Assembly: GCA_965216875.1 (NCBI GenBank) | Contig: OZ244207.1 | Coordinates: forward strand, 1,376,001-1,440,000 | Origin: Rubripirellula sp. | GTDB taxonomy: Bacteria; Planctomycetota; Planctomycetia; Pirellulales; Pirellulaceae | DNA length: 64,000 nucleotides | Reading direction: 5' to 3' | In this document: positions 1 to 9,629 of the stretch, in pieces | How positions within the stretch are numbered: the stretch's first letter is position 1 | How the letters are laid out: each line of letters opens with the position of its first letter | Made by a program: the position numbers and the translations under genes | The notes under the pieces: model-generated | The model's input: the letters and a program-made list of their open reading frames with translations, nothing else | The model's database searches: none | What the model was told of the DNA's origin: nothing

Positions 1-1767
1 AATAGCGGTGAACGAATCAAGGTCGTTGATTCGGGTGGCGAAACCATTGTTGACTTCACTTATTCCGATGGTGATCCTTGGCCCATCGCCGCTGACGGAA
101 GCGGAGCGTCATTGGAGTTGATTGACGAAGCGGGAACGCCCACAAACCGAATGGACAAGCCGTACAGTTGGCGAGCGTCAACAACGGTTGGCGGTTCACC
201 TGGCGAAGCCCAATCGCCTGTGGCATCGGTGCTGATCACCGAGATTTTGTCGCACACTGACGCGCCGCAAGTCGACACGATCGAGCTGCACAATCCGACC
301 GCGCTGCCTGTCGACATTGGTGGTTGGTTCCTGAGCGATTCGCAAAACAACTTGCTGAAGTTTCAGGTTCCGGTCGGGACCACCATCGACGCGGGTGGCT
401 ACGCGATTTTTGACGAAGGTGATTTCAATCCCACTCCGCTGACCCCTGGCCCCAACCACTTTGCGCTCAGCGGTTCACATGGCGATTCCGTTTGGCTGTC
501 CATTGCCAATGCTGGTTTGACGGCAGCGATGACCATTGTCGACGCGGTTGATTTTGGCGCCACGCTCAACGGTGTGTCTCTCGGTCGCTTGCCGGATAGT
601 AGCGGTCGTCTGACGCCGTTGGCCGCCTCCAGCCTTGGATCCGAAAACGGATCGCATCGCGTTTCGGATGTTGTGATTACGGAAGTCCATTACCATCCCG
701 AACTGCCGTCGCCCGCGGCACTCGCGATCGATCCCGAGCTTGATCGGAGCGATCTCGAGTTCATCGAAATTCATAATCGGGCCGATGCATTGATCGATCT
801 TGATCGCTGGCGCATTCGGGGCGATGGCGACTATGACTTTTTACTGACGGCGATCGGAGCCGGTGAAACGATCTTGGTTCTACCGTTCAATCCCGACAAT
901 CCAGAGAACGCGAGCCGGCTTTCCGCGTTTCGTACCCACCACGGACTCGGAACGGGCGTACGGCTTTTCGGTCCGCTTTCTGGAACCTTAAGTAACAGCT
1001 ACGGACGCGTGCGATTGCAATTGCCAGACGAAGCGCCGGTTGATGAACCAACCGTGATGCCGATGGTGCTTGTGGACGAAGTGGTCTATGACGACTTGCC
1101 CGCCTGGCAAACCGCTGCGGATGGGCAAGGCTCATCGTTGCAGCGCGTCAGCACGCGTTTGCTCGGTAATTTACCCACAACCTGGCGCGCCGACCCGCCC
1201 ACACCTGGCTCGGTGGCGTTTGAGCCACGCATCGAGTCGATCATCGTCAATGGCGGCGATGCCACCCGATCTGAACTCACGCAAGTAGACGTTGTTTTTG
1301 ACACGGCGGTGAACCTCGCTCCATCGGTATTCACTTTGACGAATGTTGATGACAACACCGAAGTCACTTCCCTGCAAACATCATCGTCGCTGCAAAATGG
1401 AAACACCGTCGCGACGCTCACGTTTGCGCCAGGCCCTTCGGTGATCTCGCGATTGACCGGCGGCAATACGTTGGATGACGGGACCTACGAATTGCACTTG
1501 CTCGGTTCGGGGATCACGGCGCAAGCGGGTGGGTTGAGCATGTCCGAAGATGTCCGTTTCGGTGCCGATGCAGCGGACGCATTCTTCCGCAAGTTCGGCG
1601 ACCAGAATGGCGACAACGTCATCAACCTATTCGACTTCGCACAATTCCGATCGGCGTTTGGCTATTGGCCTGCTCACCCGAGCTACCAAAGTGATTTCGA
1701 CAGTGATGGCAACGACATCATCAACCTGTTCGATTTCGCAGCGTTCCGCGCGAACTTTAGCAGCTGA
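1..1767 (+). CDS. 5'-truncated large exported protein with lamin-tail (LTD)-like domains and a C-terminal dockerin/EF-hand-like pair
   Basis: Frame 1 is open from base 1 (NSGERIKVVD...). It has two LTD-like repeats (VLITEILSH...IELHN; VVITEVHYHP...EFIEIHN; AADGxGxSL) and terminal repeats GDQNGDNVINLFDF / DSDGNDIINLFDF. Confidence 0.8.
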   Translation, partial: NSGERIKVVDSGGETIVDFTYSDGDPWPIAADGSGASLELIDEAGTPTNRMDKPYSWRASTTVGGSPGEAQSPVASVLITEILSHTDAPQVDTIELHNPTALPVDIGGWFLSDSQNNLLKFQVPVGTTIDAGGYAIFDEGDFNPTPLTPGPNHFALSGSHGDSVWLSIANAGLTAAMTIVDAVDFGATLNGVSLGRLPDSSGRLTPLAASSLGSENGSHRVSDVVITEVHYHPELPSPAALAIDPELDRSDLEFIEIHNRADALIDLDRWRIRGDGDYDFLLTAIGAGETILVLPFNPDNPENASRLSAFRTHHGLGTGVRLFGPLSGTLSNSYGRVRLQLPDEAPVDEPTVMPMVLVDEVVYDDLPAWQTAADGQGSSLQRVSTRLLGNLPTTWRADPPTPGSVAFEPRIESIIVNGGDATRSELTQVDVVFDTAVNLAPSVFTLTNVDDNTEVTSLQTSSSLQNGNTVATLTFAPGPSVISRLTGGNTLDDGTYELHLLGSGITAQAGGLSMSEDVRFGADAADAFFRKFGDQNGDNVINLFDFAQFRSAFGYWPAHPSYQSDFDSDGNDIINLFDFAAFRANFSS

Positions 1768-1775
1768 GTTGTCGA

Positions 1776-3113
1776 CTACAGCGATTTAAGAACGCTGGCC
1801 GCGGCATCAATCGTTTCATCGATCATCGCTTCGGTATGCGTTGCGCTGAAGAACAGTGCTTCGAATTGGCTGCAAGGCATGTAAACGCCTTTGGAAATCA
1901 GACCCCAGAAATAGCGGGCGAACTGTTCTTTGTCGCATTGGTCTGCGCCGCCCGTCCATTGCGAGACTGGGTTGGGATTGAAGAACAAGGTCATCATGCT
2001 GCCGACACGTTGGACATGGTGGTCGATGCCAGCGTCGGTTGCGGCCCGACCAAGTCCATCGGCCAATCTCGCTCCCAAGGCCTCAAGGTAGTCGTACGGC
2101 GGATGTTCTTTGAGCAGTCGAAGCGTCGTGCTGCCGGCGGCAACAGCGACGGGGTTGCCGCTGAGCGTACCGGCTTGAAAGACTTTTCCTGCCGGAAGCA
2201 CTTGATCCATGATGTCGGCGCGTCCACCGTACGCTCCTAATGGCATCCCGCCACCGACAATCTTGCCAAGCGTGGTCATGTCGGGAGTGACGCCGTAACG
2301 TTCCTGTGCGCCCCCAAGAGAAACACGGAAACCTGTCATGACTTCGTCGAAGATCAAGATTGACGAGTCGGCCGAAGTGACCTGACGCAGCAACTGCAGG
2401 AAGTCGTCGGTTGGCGGCACGCATCCCATGTTGCCGACGACCGGTTCGAGAATGACCGCTGCGATTTCGCCAGGGTATTGAGCAAAGGCTGCCTTCACTG
2501 CTTCGCAATCGTTGTACTCGAGCACGATCGTGTCGCCGCCGGTTCCCTTGGTCACACCGGGCGAATCGGGCACACCGAGCGTTGCCGCGGCGCTGCCAGC
2601 GGCAACCAACAAACTGTCAACGTGACCGTGATAGTTTCCAGCAAACTTGATGACCTTGTCCCGCCCGGTCACTCCGCGAGCCACACGCAACGCACTCATT
2701 GTGGCTTCAGTGCCACTGTTAACCAATCGGAGCTTTTCGATGCTCGGTACAGCCTCGATGATCTGCTCAGCGAGATGGGATTCTGCCTCAGTTGGCGCAC
2801 CGAAACTCGATCCACGCTGCGCTGCGTGTGTCACCGCTTCGACCACTTCGGGGTGAGCATGACCGAGAATCATCGGTCCCCAAGATCCGATGTAGTCGAT
2901 GAATTCGCGTCCATCGATGTCGTACAGATGGGGGCCCTCGGCTCGGTCGATAAAGAGAGGGCTACCACCGACGGCGCCAAAGGCCCGCGCTGGACTGTTC
3001 ACACCACCCGGCATGAGCTGCCGAGCGCGTTGAAAGGCTTCAGTGCTTTTGGGGCCAACATCGTGATTTACATCGGTCGACAACTTATCGATCCTTCGCT
3101 CGGCGAGACTCAT
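1776..3113 (-). CDS. hemL: glutamate-1-semialdehyde 2,1-aminomutase
   Basis: Motifs MPGGVNSPARAF, SGTEATMSALR, NYHGHVD, FDEVMTGFR, TLGKIVGGGMP, QAGTLSGNP. Start taken at ATG 3113 (approximate). Confidence 0.96.
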   Translation of the reverse strand: MSLAERRIDKLSTDVNHDVGPKSTEAFQRARQLMPGGVNSPARAFGAVGGSPLFIDRAEGPHLYDIDGREFIDYIGSWGPMILGHAHPEVVEAVTHAAQRGSSFGAPTEAESHLAEQIIEAVPSIEKLRLVNSGTEATMSALRVARGVTGRDKVIKFAGNYHGHVDSLLVAAGSAAATLGVPDSPGVTKGTGGDTIVLEYNDCEAVKAAFAQYPGEIAAVILEPVVGNMGCVPPTDDFLQLLRQVTSADSSILIFDEVMTGFRVSLGGAQERYGVTPDMTTLGKIVGGGMPLGAYGGRADIMDQVLPAGKVFQAGTLSGNPVAVAAGSTTLRLLKEHPPYDYLEALGARLADGLGRAATDAGIDHHVQRVGSMMTLFFNPNPVSQWTGGADQCDKEQFARYFWGLISKGVYMPCSQFEALFFSATHTEAMIDETIDAAASVLKSL

Positions 3114-3256
3114 GGACGGGGGACAACCCAATTTTCGCCCCTCTGGATCGAATTGGATAGTGGGGACGTCGCGGGTGCGCGCCAGTTTGTAGTCCCGAGC
3201 TTTAGCCGGAATCTTTATTCGGTCCGCCTGAACGCGGTCCTACGAATCGCGTTTCC

Positions 3257-3817
3257 TCAGAGTCGCACGGTCATCAAAACCAGGATGCTGGTTTCGGCTG
3301 ACTTGGTGCCAACCAAGCTTGGCTCGCCAGGTGCAACGAGCTGCGTTGTCTGAAGTTCGATTTGACTAATCGGACCGCGCCGATCTTCGTCTTCCGATTT
3401 GAGCAACCTCGAGGAGTCGTAATCGATTTCGAGAACAATCTTGTCACCCTGCGGACGGCCTTGGAATCGAATGTGAGTTCCGGTTTCAATCGTTTCGGTC
3501 CGTTTGGTGACGACGCCGCGACTGGAGGAGACACCGGTGACAACGTCTTCCAAACGACCGATTTGAACGCTCGCCTGTGTGTCACTGAGCGCGTTGAATC
3601 GAAACGTTTCGACCGAGGTGATGGAGGACGGGTTGGACTTGGTCAACATCGCGATCAATTCAGCGTCCGATTTGGTGGCATCAATCTTGCCTGTCATTCG
3701 ATACTCAGCGACCTGGACGCTGTACATCACCATGGGGCGTTCAGATTCATCGGCCTCGGCGACCGTATGAGGGGCGACAGTCAAAGCAATGGCAGCAAGG
3801 AAGATCACGGCACGCAT
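3257..3817 (-). CDS. secreted protein resembling an isolated secretin core domain
   Basis: Signal peptide MRAVIFLAAIALTVAPHTVA. The pattern ASVQIG...IETGTHIRF...IVLEI...LQTTQLVAPGEPSLVG resembles the secretin C-terminal domain. Confidence 0.55.
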   Translation of the reverse strand: MRAVIFLAAIALTVAPHTVAEADESERPMVMYSVQVAEYRMTGKIDATKSDAELIAMLTKSNPSSITSVETFRFNALSDTQASVQIGRLEDVVTGVSSSRGVVTKRTETIETGTHIRFQGRPQGDKIVLEIDYDSSRLLKSEDEDRRGPISQIELQTTQLVAPGEPSLVGTKSAETSILVLMTVRL

Positions 3818-3942
3818 AGGGTCACCCGTTTTGATGTTGTGGACTCGATGGGTTCAAGAACCGAAACGTCTAGTTTACCGCTGTCCAAGACGGCATGTCT
3901 AACATGGCGTCGGCATCTCGGAAAACTTTTTCTTCAACTCGC

Positions 3943-3970
3943 GTAACGCCCTCGAAATCGGCTGCGTATA
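3943..3970 (+). promoter_or_regulatory. putative ECF-sigma promoter (GTAAC-N17-CGTATA)
   Basis: AAC ends at 3947 and CGT starts at 3965, about 90 nt upstream of an operon encoding an ECF sigma factor. Confidence 0.5.
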
Positions 3971-4060
3971 CCAAGTAGAGCCGCGAGAAGATGGATTGAG
4001 TCCCTTTCGCTGGCGACTAAATGATGAACCACACAACCAAAGTTTCACGGAGTCCTTACC

Positions 4061-5074
4061 TTGTTTCATCGATGGTTTCCTTCGGTTTCGCGTCGGGCAA
4101 GCCTTGTCGCAACTCAATTGAGTTGCGCTGCGGTCGCTTCCATCCTGCTGGCGACCGCTGCCGCGCCCGCACGTGCAGCCGAATTCAGTGTTGAAGTCGA
4201 GACGGAGGGGGCGGTTGCAATCAGTGTCGACGTCGCACGCTTCGCCAGTACGAAGATGGGCGGATTGTTGATCGACGCTGGGACCAAACTGGCCGCTCAG
4301 CAGATGGAAAAGGATCCCGATGAAGCGATCGAAGCGCTTGTGAAATCGCTCGGCTTCGATCCATTGAAAGAGGGCATCCAAGTTCAAGCGATCGTCCAGG
4401 ACATCGAGGATCCAATCGCCGGTTTGCAAGTTTCCCTTCGACTTGACAATACGACCGGAAACCTTGAGGGACTGTTGTTGGCCGCTCCTGAGTACTCTGC
4501 GATTCAGGAAGGTGGCCAAACGATTCACAAAGTTTCCTTGGATGACGCACCGATCTTCATTGCCTTTACCACCGACAGTGGAGGTAAAAAACACGTCTTC
4601 GCTGCTGGGAACAAGCAAGATGTTGTGCATTTGATCGAAAACGTTGACAAGGGCGGTCCGCAGGTCGCTCTCAATGTCGACGAACGCGAATTTGCAGTTT
4701 TGGAAATCTTGTCGCTGCCCGAAGATGTCGCCGAAGAGCCCCCCATCAGCAACATTAGCCAGTTGGTCAAGCAGGCGTCGCTGCGTTTAGGTGAATCCGA
4801 AAGCGATCTCGTGATCCGAGCCGAGCTTCGTACAGAGAACGAAGAACAAGCGACTCAGTTGCAGCAGTTGACCCAAGGCGTGGTTGCGATGGTCGGGTTG
4901 TTCAAAGAAGAGATTCGTAGTGAACTCGGGGATGAGGAAACGGCGAAAATGGTTTTGCCGATCCTTGAAAAGATCATGGTCAACCGCGAGGGTAAAAAGA
5001 TCTCAGTTGAGATTGCCATTCCCGAGCAACTCGTGATCCAATTCCTACGTGAGGAAGCTGACCTTCCACTGTGA
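4061..5074 (+). CDS. exported hypothetical protein (first gene of ECF operon)
   Basis: 337-aa ORF with TTG start, GGAG upstream and an Ala-rich signal peptide. Its stop overlaps the sigma-factor start (GTGA). Confidence 0.75.
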   Translation: MFHRWFPSVSRRASLVATQLSCAAVASILLATAAAPARAAEFSVEVETEGAVAISVDVARFASTKMGGLLIDAGTKLAAQQMEKDPDEAIEALVKSLGFDPLKEGIQVQAIVQDIEDPIAGLQVSLRLDNTTGNLEGLLLAAPEYSAIQEGGQTIHKVSLDDAPIFIAFTTDSGGKKHVFAAGNKQDVVHLIENVDKGGPQVALNVDEREFAVLEILSLPEDVAEEPPISNISQLVKQASLRLGESESDLVIRAELRTENEEQATQLQQLTQGVVAMVGLFKEEIRSELGDEETAKMVLPILEKIMVNREGKKISVEIAIPEQLVIQFLREEADLPL

Positions 5075-5673
5075 CCACCCGGGACACGCGTATGATTGGC
5101 ACTTGCGAGGTAGCAAGTTCAACGGCTGACGAGGCAGCGGCTTTCGAGTCGCTGTTTCGTTATTTTCATCCCAGGCTCGTTCGCTTTCTGGCGAAGCTGC
5201 TGGATGGATCATCGATTGACCCCGAAGACGTCGCCCAGGAATCGATGGTCAAAGCGTGGCGGAAACGCGATCAATACGACGATCGCTTTCAATATTCGAC
5301 CTGGGTATACACGATCGCACGTCGGACAGCGGCCGACCATCTTCGAAAGCGATCAAGTAATCCGGCCGAATCGTTCGACGAATTCGATCAGCTTCCATCG
5401 CGCGAAGTCAATGCAGAAGAAATGCTTGACTGCGAGGAATCGTCTCGCGATCTGTGGTCGAGGGCTCAGGACCATTTGACCGAATCGCAATACGCTGCCT
5501 TGTGGCTGCGGTACGGAGAAGAGTTGTCGGTAAAAGAGGTCGCTTGCGTCCTTTCCAAGTCGACCGTATCAACACGCGTGCTCCTCTATCGAGCGCGCGT
5601 TGCACTCGGATCAGCAATCACCACAGAAGAAACAGGAACGGATTCTTGGGGAGGCCAACGCCATGAATCCTAA
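5071..5673 (+). CDS. ECF-family RNA polymerase sigma factor
   Basis: Region 2 (EDVAQESMVKAW...YSTWVYTIARRTAADHLR) and region 4 (LRYGEELSVKEVA...STRVLLYRAR). Confidence 0.93.
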   Translation: MTTRDTRMIGTCEVASSTADEAAAFESLFRYFHPRLVRFLAKLLDGSSIDPEDVAQESMVKAWRKRDQYDDRFQYSTWVYTIARRTAADHLRKRSSNPAESFDEFDQLPSREVNAEEMLDCEESSRDLWSRAQDHLTESQYAALWLRYGEELSVKEVACVLSKSTVSTRVLLYRARVALGSAITTEETGTDSWGGQRHES

Positions 5674-6211
5674 AATTGCAAAACGACTCGCTGCTTTGGT
5701 GATCGATCAATGGCCGCTTCCGCGGTGGTTGTCTAGGAGAATCGCAGGTCACCCCGAAGTCGCGCGTGAGCTGGAGCGTTGGGAATCGGTTGCGGCCGAA
5801 CTGCGTGGACAAGCGAATGCGACCGCCGACTCGGGACGCCCCAAGGCGCTCCGTGAACTCAATCGGAGCGATGAATCTGGTATAGCGGTCCGTGCTGGAC
5901 GAACTTGGGCAGTCGCCATCGCCGCTTCGGTGTTGGTTGCAGTGACCGCTTGGCAGTTTTTGCCTGGCAAGTTGAATCAGCAGCAAGAGGCCGCAGTACA
6001 ACCGAATGAGAATGAGACCGATGCCATGGTGGACGTTGACATTCGACCCGTGTTGGCCAGCCTCGAGGTTGGTCAGGAAGTTGCGGTGGATGTTCGAGAA
6101 GGGCTCGCCGCGCTTGGTGGCAAACTTGCTCGAGCCGGTCGTAGCATCGGAAGCGATTTCACGCTGCCTCGATTGCAGCGTGAATCGTCGTCCGAGTCGA
6201 TTCCTCAGTAG
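5663..6211 (+). CDS. putative single-pass membrane anti-sigma factor
   Basis: Overlaps the sigma-factor stop and has one TM segment (WAVAIAASVLVAVTAW) after a short N-terminal domain. Start at ATG 5663. Confidence 0.65.
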   Translation: MNPKIAKRLAALVIDQWPLPRWLSRRIAGHPEVARELERWESVAAELRGQANATADSGRPKALRELNRSDESGIAVRAGRTWAVAIAASVLVAVTAWQFLPGKLNQQQEAAVQPNENETDAMVDVDIRPVLASLEVGQEVAVDVREGLAALGGKLARAGRSIGSDFTLPRLQRESSSESIPQ

Positions 6212-6284
6212 TGGTTGTATTCTGGCTAGACGACACGTTTTAGAATCGCGATTGAAAAATCTCCCGGTAGCCAGTGAGACTTAG

Positions 6285-6686
6285 ATGGACGAGTTTGGGC
6301 ACATCACGTTCCTGCGCGAGCAATACGACTTTGACGAGTGCAAAGCAACCTTTCATTCGAACCGGATCTCTTTCGAATGCATCGGGCCAGACATCTATTT
6401 TGCCTTCTCGAAACTTCGCATTCGAGACGCCTCCGATGCGTCGGTCTACCAGGACGCGGTCGTGTCGAGTGAAACCGACGATGGAGACCTTGGTGACTAC
6501 GCCAGTTTCCGCTTTTTCGACGAAGAGGTCGAATTCGACGATCCATGGGAAGTTCGATGTCTCGACGCGAAACCCGAGAAAGGTTTCATGTCATTTGAAT
6601 GGCAATTTGCCGTGCGATACGGAAGCGGCCGCATTCCCAAGCGAAAAAGGATGCGCGGTGTCGCGAGATGCTCGCTAACACCTTGA
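6285..6686 (+). CDS. hypothetical protein
   Basis: 133-aa ATG ORF filling the gap, with protein-like composition and no recognised motif. Confidence 0.6.
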   Translation: MDEFGHITFLREQYDFDECKATFHSNRISFECIGPDIYFAFSKLRIRDASDASVYQDAVVSSETDDGDLGDYASFRFFDEEVEFDDPWEVRCLDAKPEKGFMSFEWQFAVRYGSGRIPKRKRMRGVARCSLTP

Positions 6687-6721
6687 TCGTATTCGTGCTC
6701 ACAGGCTGTGGTTTTATTAAA

Positions 6722-6783
6722 GTCGCCTTTCGCTCCGCGAAAGTAGCCTCTTCAAACGCAACTTTTGCGGAGCAAAAGGCGAC
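6722..6783. repeat. REP-like inverted doublet (GTCGCCTTTCGCTCCGCGAAAGT family)
   Basis: 6722-6747 and 6758-6783 are near-perfect inverted copies. A partial copy GTCGCCTTTCGCTCCG lies at 11379-11394. Confidence 0.8.
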
Positions 6784-6865
6784 AATCGTCACGCCGTTTG
6801 GCTCATAATGGTGGGCCTGTGGAGTGCTGCAATGCTTCCGTTAGCGCATGGTGGGAGAGGAAACG

Positions 6866-9169
6866 ATGATCCGATATTTGTTGGCAATGGTCTTGCTTGG
6901 CCAAACTGCTTGTTTGGCGCAAGACTCCGCGAAGAAGTCGCCACTGACCGGAATCGTTGTTGACGATGAGGGCAAGCCCGTTGCGGACGCCAATGTTTTG
7001 GTGCGAGTTCCACGTTCCTTGCGCACCAAGACGGATGCCGAGGGGAAGTTCCACTACAAAGACGTTGCGCATGGAACCTATCTGGTCTACGCAAGTAAAG
7101 GGCACACCATTGCTCGACTGAAGAGTTTTGAGCACAAGCAAGAGGGCGACGCGGCCAAATTGACATTGAGTCGTGGGATCGAAGTCGAAATCACTGCAAT
7201 CTCCGAATCGACGGGCGAGGCGGTGGCTGACGCGATTGTTCGGCTTCGTTATCCGTTTCGACGTGAGATCAAGACCAACGCACAAGGCATCGCGAAGGTT
7301 GGCGGACTCTTGCCATCGTTGACCGAGTTTCGTCTCTACAAGAAAGGGTTGGCTCGGGCAGTCCGCGAGGTGCCCTTGGACCAAACATCAGCACCCAAAG
7401 CGTTCACGTTGAAGATGAAAGAAGGGGGCGTGCTGAACGGAAAAGTGGTCGACGAAAAGGGAGAGCCGATCCAGAAGGCGATGGTTTACTTTCGTTTGCT
7501 TGACTACCAAACCGGAACCTACGACACGTCACCCTACACTGACGAAGAAGGGAAGTTCCGCAACCGATACCTTCCGCTTGGTGTTCCGATCGAAGTCGAC
7601 GCGAGTGCCGATGGGTACGTGTCAGTAGACAAAGAGTTTTCCATCAGTCCTGACACCAGACAACGCGATGTGGTGATCACGCTCAAACGCAAGCCGCATG
7701 GCGGCACCGTGTTGGGCACGGTTCGCGATGAAGCTGGGAATCCCATCGCGGGTGCGAAGGCAATCAACAGCGGCCGGCGGTTTTCGCAACGGCGCGAAGC
7801 GGTCACCGACCAAGACGGCAAGTTTCAGCTCGACGAACTGTATGGCAAATACTCGGGCTTCGAAGTCGTTGTGGGGGCAAAAGGGTATGCCGCGGCTCGC
7901 CTGAACATCGAGCCAAACAAAGAGGGTACGCCGGTTCAGCGTGATGTCGTTCTGAAAAAGGGACACACACTCAAAGGACGCCTCGTCACAGAGCAGGGCA
8001 AGCCGATTTCACAGGCTTGGATCACTTCGCGGGACGCCATTTCTGCCGACTCGATTGGTGTCCGAGGTCGTTCGAATGCGGACGGCTATTTTGAGATCGA
8101 TTCGTTGCCCGAGTCGTGCAAGTTCGAAGTTTCTGCGGCGGGCTTTTCCGATATCGTCCCTACAAAATGGGAATTTGATACCGAAGAGCCGATCGAAATC
8201 GTGATGAAGCCGATGGGGATTTTGCGCGGTCAAGTCACCGACAAAATTTCCGGGATGCCGATCGAGAGCTTCCGTGTGCAAATTGGCTTTTCCGAAATTC
8301 GGCAACCTGACGATGTTCGTGGTTCCTATTCATCGCGATTGGGCAATCCCGGCGTCGACTTCGATTCGAAAGACGGTGTCTTCAGCATCGATCAACTCAA
8401 TCACGGGATGCCTTTCGAAGTGCGCATCTTTGCCGACGGTTATCAGCGTGAAGTGGTGCGGCGGATGGTTGCGACCAACGACCAGGACGCGCCGATGCCG
8501 AAGATCGAGCTGACGAAGATGGATCCCGCGTCGCAGTACACCCTGCGCGGCACCATGCTGGACTTTGAGCAAAAGCCGATTGTCGGCGCACAGTTGCGAT
8601 TGATTGTGACCGACGAGTTTGTCGGAGACTCGAACGATTTCAATTGGATTCTGGTGTTGACCGGTCAGATCGCGCGCCGTGGTCGCTGCGAACAATTCTT
8701 GATTGGGGTGACCGATTCCAAAGGTAAGTTCGAATTCAAGGGCATCTTGCCAGACAAGTATCTGCAGCTAGCGATTTGGGGGGACAAGACACCGCGTGGC
8801 CGCTATTTCCTTGATGATCCTTCCAAGGCTGGGGAAACCTACGAGTTAACGGCAACGCTGCCAGAACCATCAACGATTAAAGTGTCTGTCGATGAAGAGG
8901 CGATTGCGAACCTCGGCGGCGTTGCGTTGGATATCAAGGATCAATCGTGGCATCGATATGAAATCAACGCAGCGAAAGGGCAAAGCGAGTTCTTGTTCGA
9001 AACGCTCCCACCCGGCGAGTACTCGGTCGCGCTGCAAGGGAAGCCCGAACGAGCGGGGGAGAACAGCTACCGAGTCAAATCGTTGGGCCAAAAGAACATC
9101 ACCGTCTTTCCAGGTGATGCTCACGAGATCAAGTTTTCCAAAGCCGACCTCGTTGCTCAAGAGGAGTGA
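6866..9169 (+). CDS. exported protein with multiple carboxypeptidase-regulatory-like (Ig-like) repeats
   Basis: Signal peptide and recurrent GxVVDExGxPIxxA / TDxxGxF repeats. ATG 6866 follows GGAGAGG. Confidence 0.85.
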   Translation: MIRYLLAMVLLGQTACLAQDSAKKSPLTGIVVDDEGKPVADANVLVRVPRSLRTKTDAEGKFHYKDVAHGTYLVYASKGHTIARLKSFEHKQEGDAAKLTLSRGIEVEITAISESTGEAVADAIVRLRYPFRREIKTNAQGIAKVGGLLPSLTEFRLYKKGLARAVREVPLDQTSAPKAFTLKMKEGGVLNGKVVDEKGEPIQKAMVYFRLLDYQTGTYDTSPYTDEEGKFRNRYLPLGVPIEVDASADGYVSVDKEFSISPDTRQRDVVITLKRKPHGGTVLGTVRDEAGNPIAGAKAINSGRRFSQRREAVTDQDGKFQLDELYGKYSGFEVVVGAKGYAAARLNIEPNKEGTPVQRDVVLKKGHTLKGRLVTEQGKPISQAWITSRDAISADSIGVRGRSNADGYFEIDSLPESCKFEVSAAGFSDIVPTKWEFDTEEPIEIVMKPMGILRGQVTDKISGMPIESFRVQIGFSEIRQPDDVRGSYSSRLGNPGVDFDSKDGVFSIDQLNHGMPFEVRIFADGYQREVVRRMVATNDQDAPMPKIELTKMDPASQYTLRGTMLDFEQKPIVGAQLRLIVTDEFVGDSNDFNWILVLTGQIARRGRCEQFLIGVTDSKGKFEFKGILPDKYLQLAIWGDKTPRGRYFLDDPSKAGETYELTATLPEPSTIKVSVDEEAIANLGGVALDIKDQSWHRYEINAAKGQSEFLFETLPPGEYSVALQGKPERAGENSYRVKSLGQKNITVFPGDAHEIKFSKADLVAQEE

Positions 9170-9335
9170 TCTTTGCGCGATAACGCCTGTTCGGACGCCC
9201 GCGTCTTCTTCGTAGGTCATGCTTCGCATGACAAAGCGTTCGCATAGCGGGCTGTTGAGTGCAAGGCTCGACGCTAGTGCTACGGATTGCAATTGCGATA
9301 CCACCAGCAGGAATCCTTGCCCAAGTTCACGCAAC

Positions 9336-9485
9336 TGAGCCGCGATCGCGTAAGCGGCCGGGCCCTAATCACCTTCACTCGCTGCGCGTCGGCAAGGGCC
9401 CGAGGCCTGACGGCCAGCGGCTCACGGGCATTGCCCAAACGGCGCAAGAAGTTGCTAAGGCCCAACGCTAGCGCGTGCGTCTCAC
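9336..9485. repeat. REP-like cluster (GCCGCGATCGCGTAAGCGGCCGGGC family)
   Basis: The 25-nt sequence at 9339-9363 recurs exactly at 58784-58808. Related inverted partners lie near 9397-9425, 11750-11774 and 29917-29945. Confidence 0.7.
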
Positions 9486-9629
9486 GAAGAATCGGCCTCT
9501 CCGCGTTGTAAACGCGGCATCAGGCACGGAGAAACCGCAGCGGAAAGTGCAGTTTTCTTGGGAAAAGTTCTCGTCAGCTTGCCGGAGGGGCAACGCATAT
9601 CGATCAACGCCTGAACCGTGCTTTCGCTA

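Noticed and set aside
2478..3353. Long antisense ORFs (also 12132-12941, 25404-26537, 31820-32614, 35768-36607, 51229-52113, 56175-57002)
   Set aside because: These are shadow ORFs opposite well-supported genes, as expected in GC-rich DNA, and carry no motifs.
9259..9511. Short ORFs over intergenic palindromes (also 11477-11735, 23824-24123, 29548-29814)
   Set aside because: They are translations of REP-like repeats without protein-like features.
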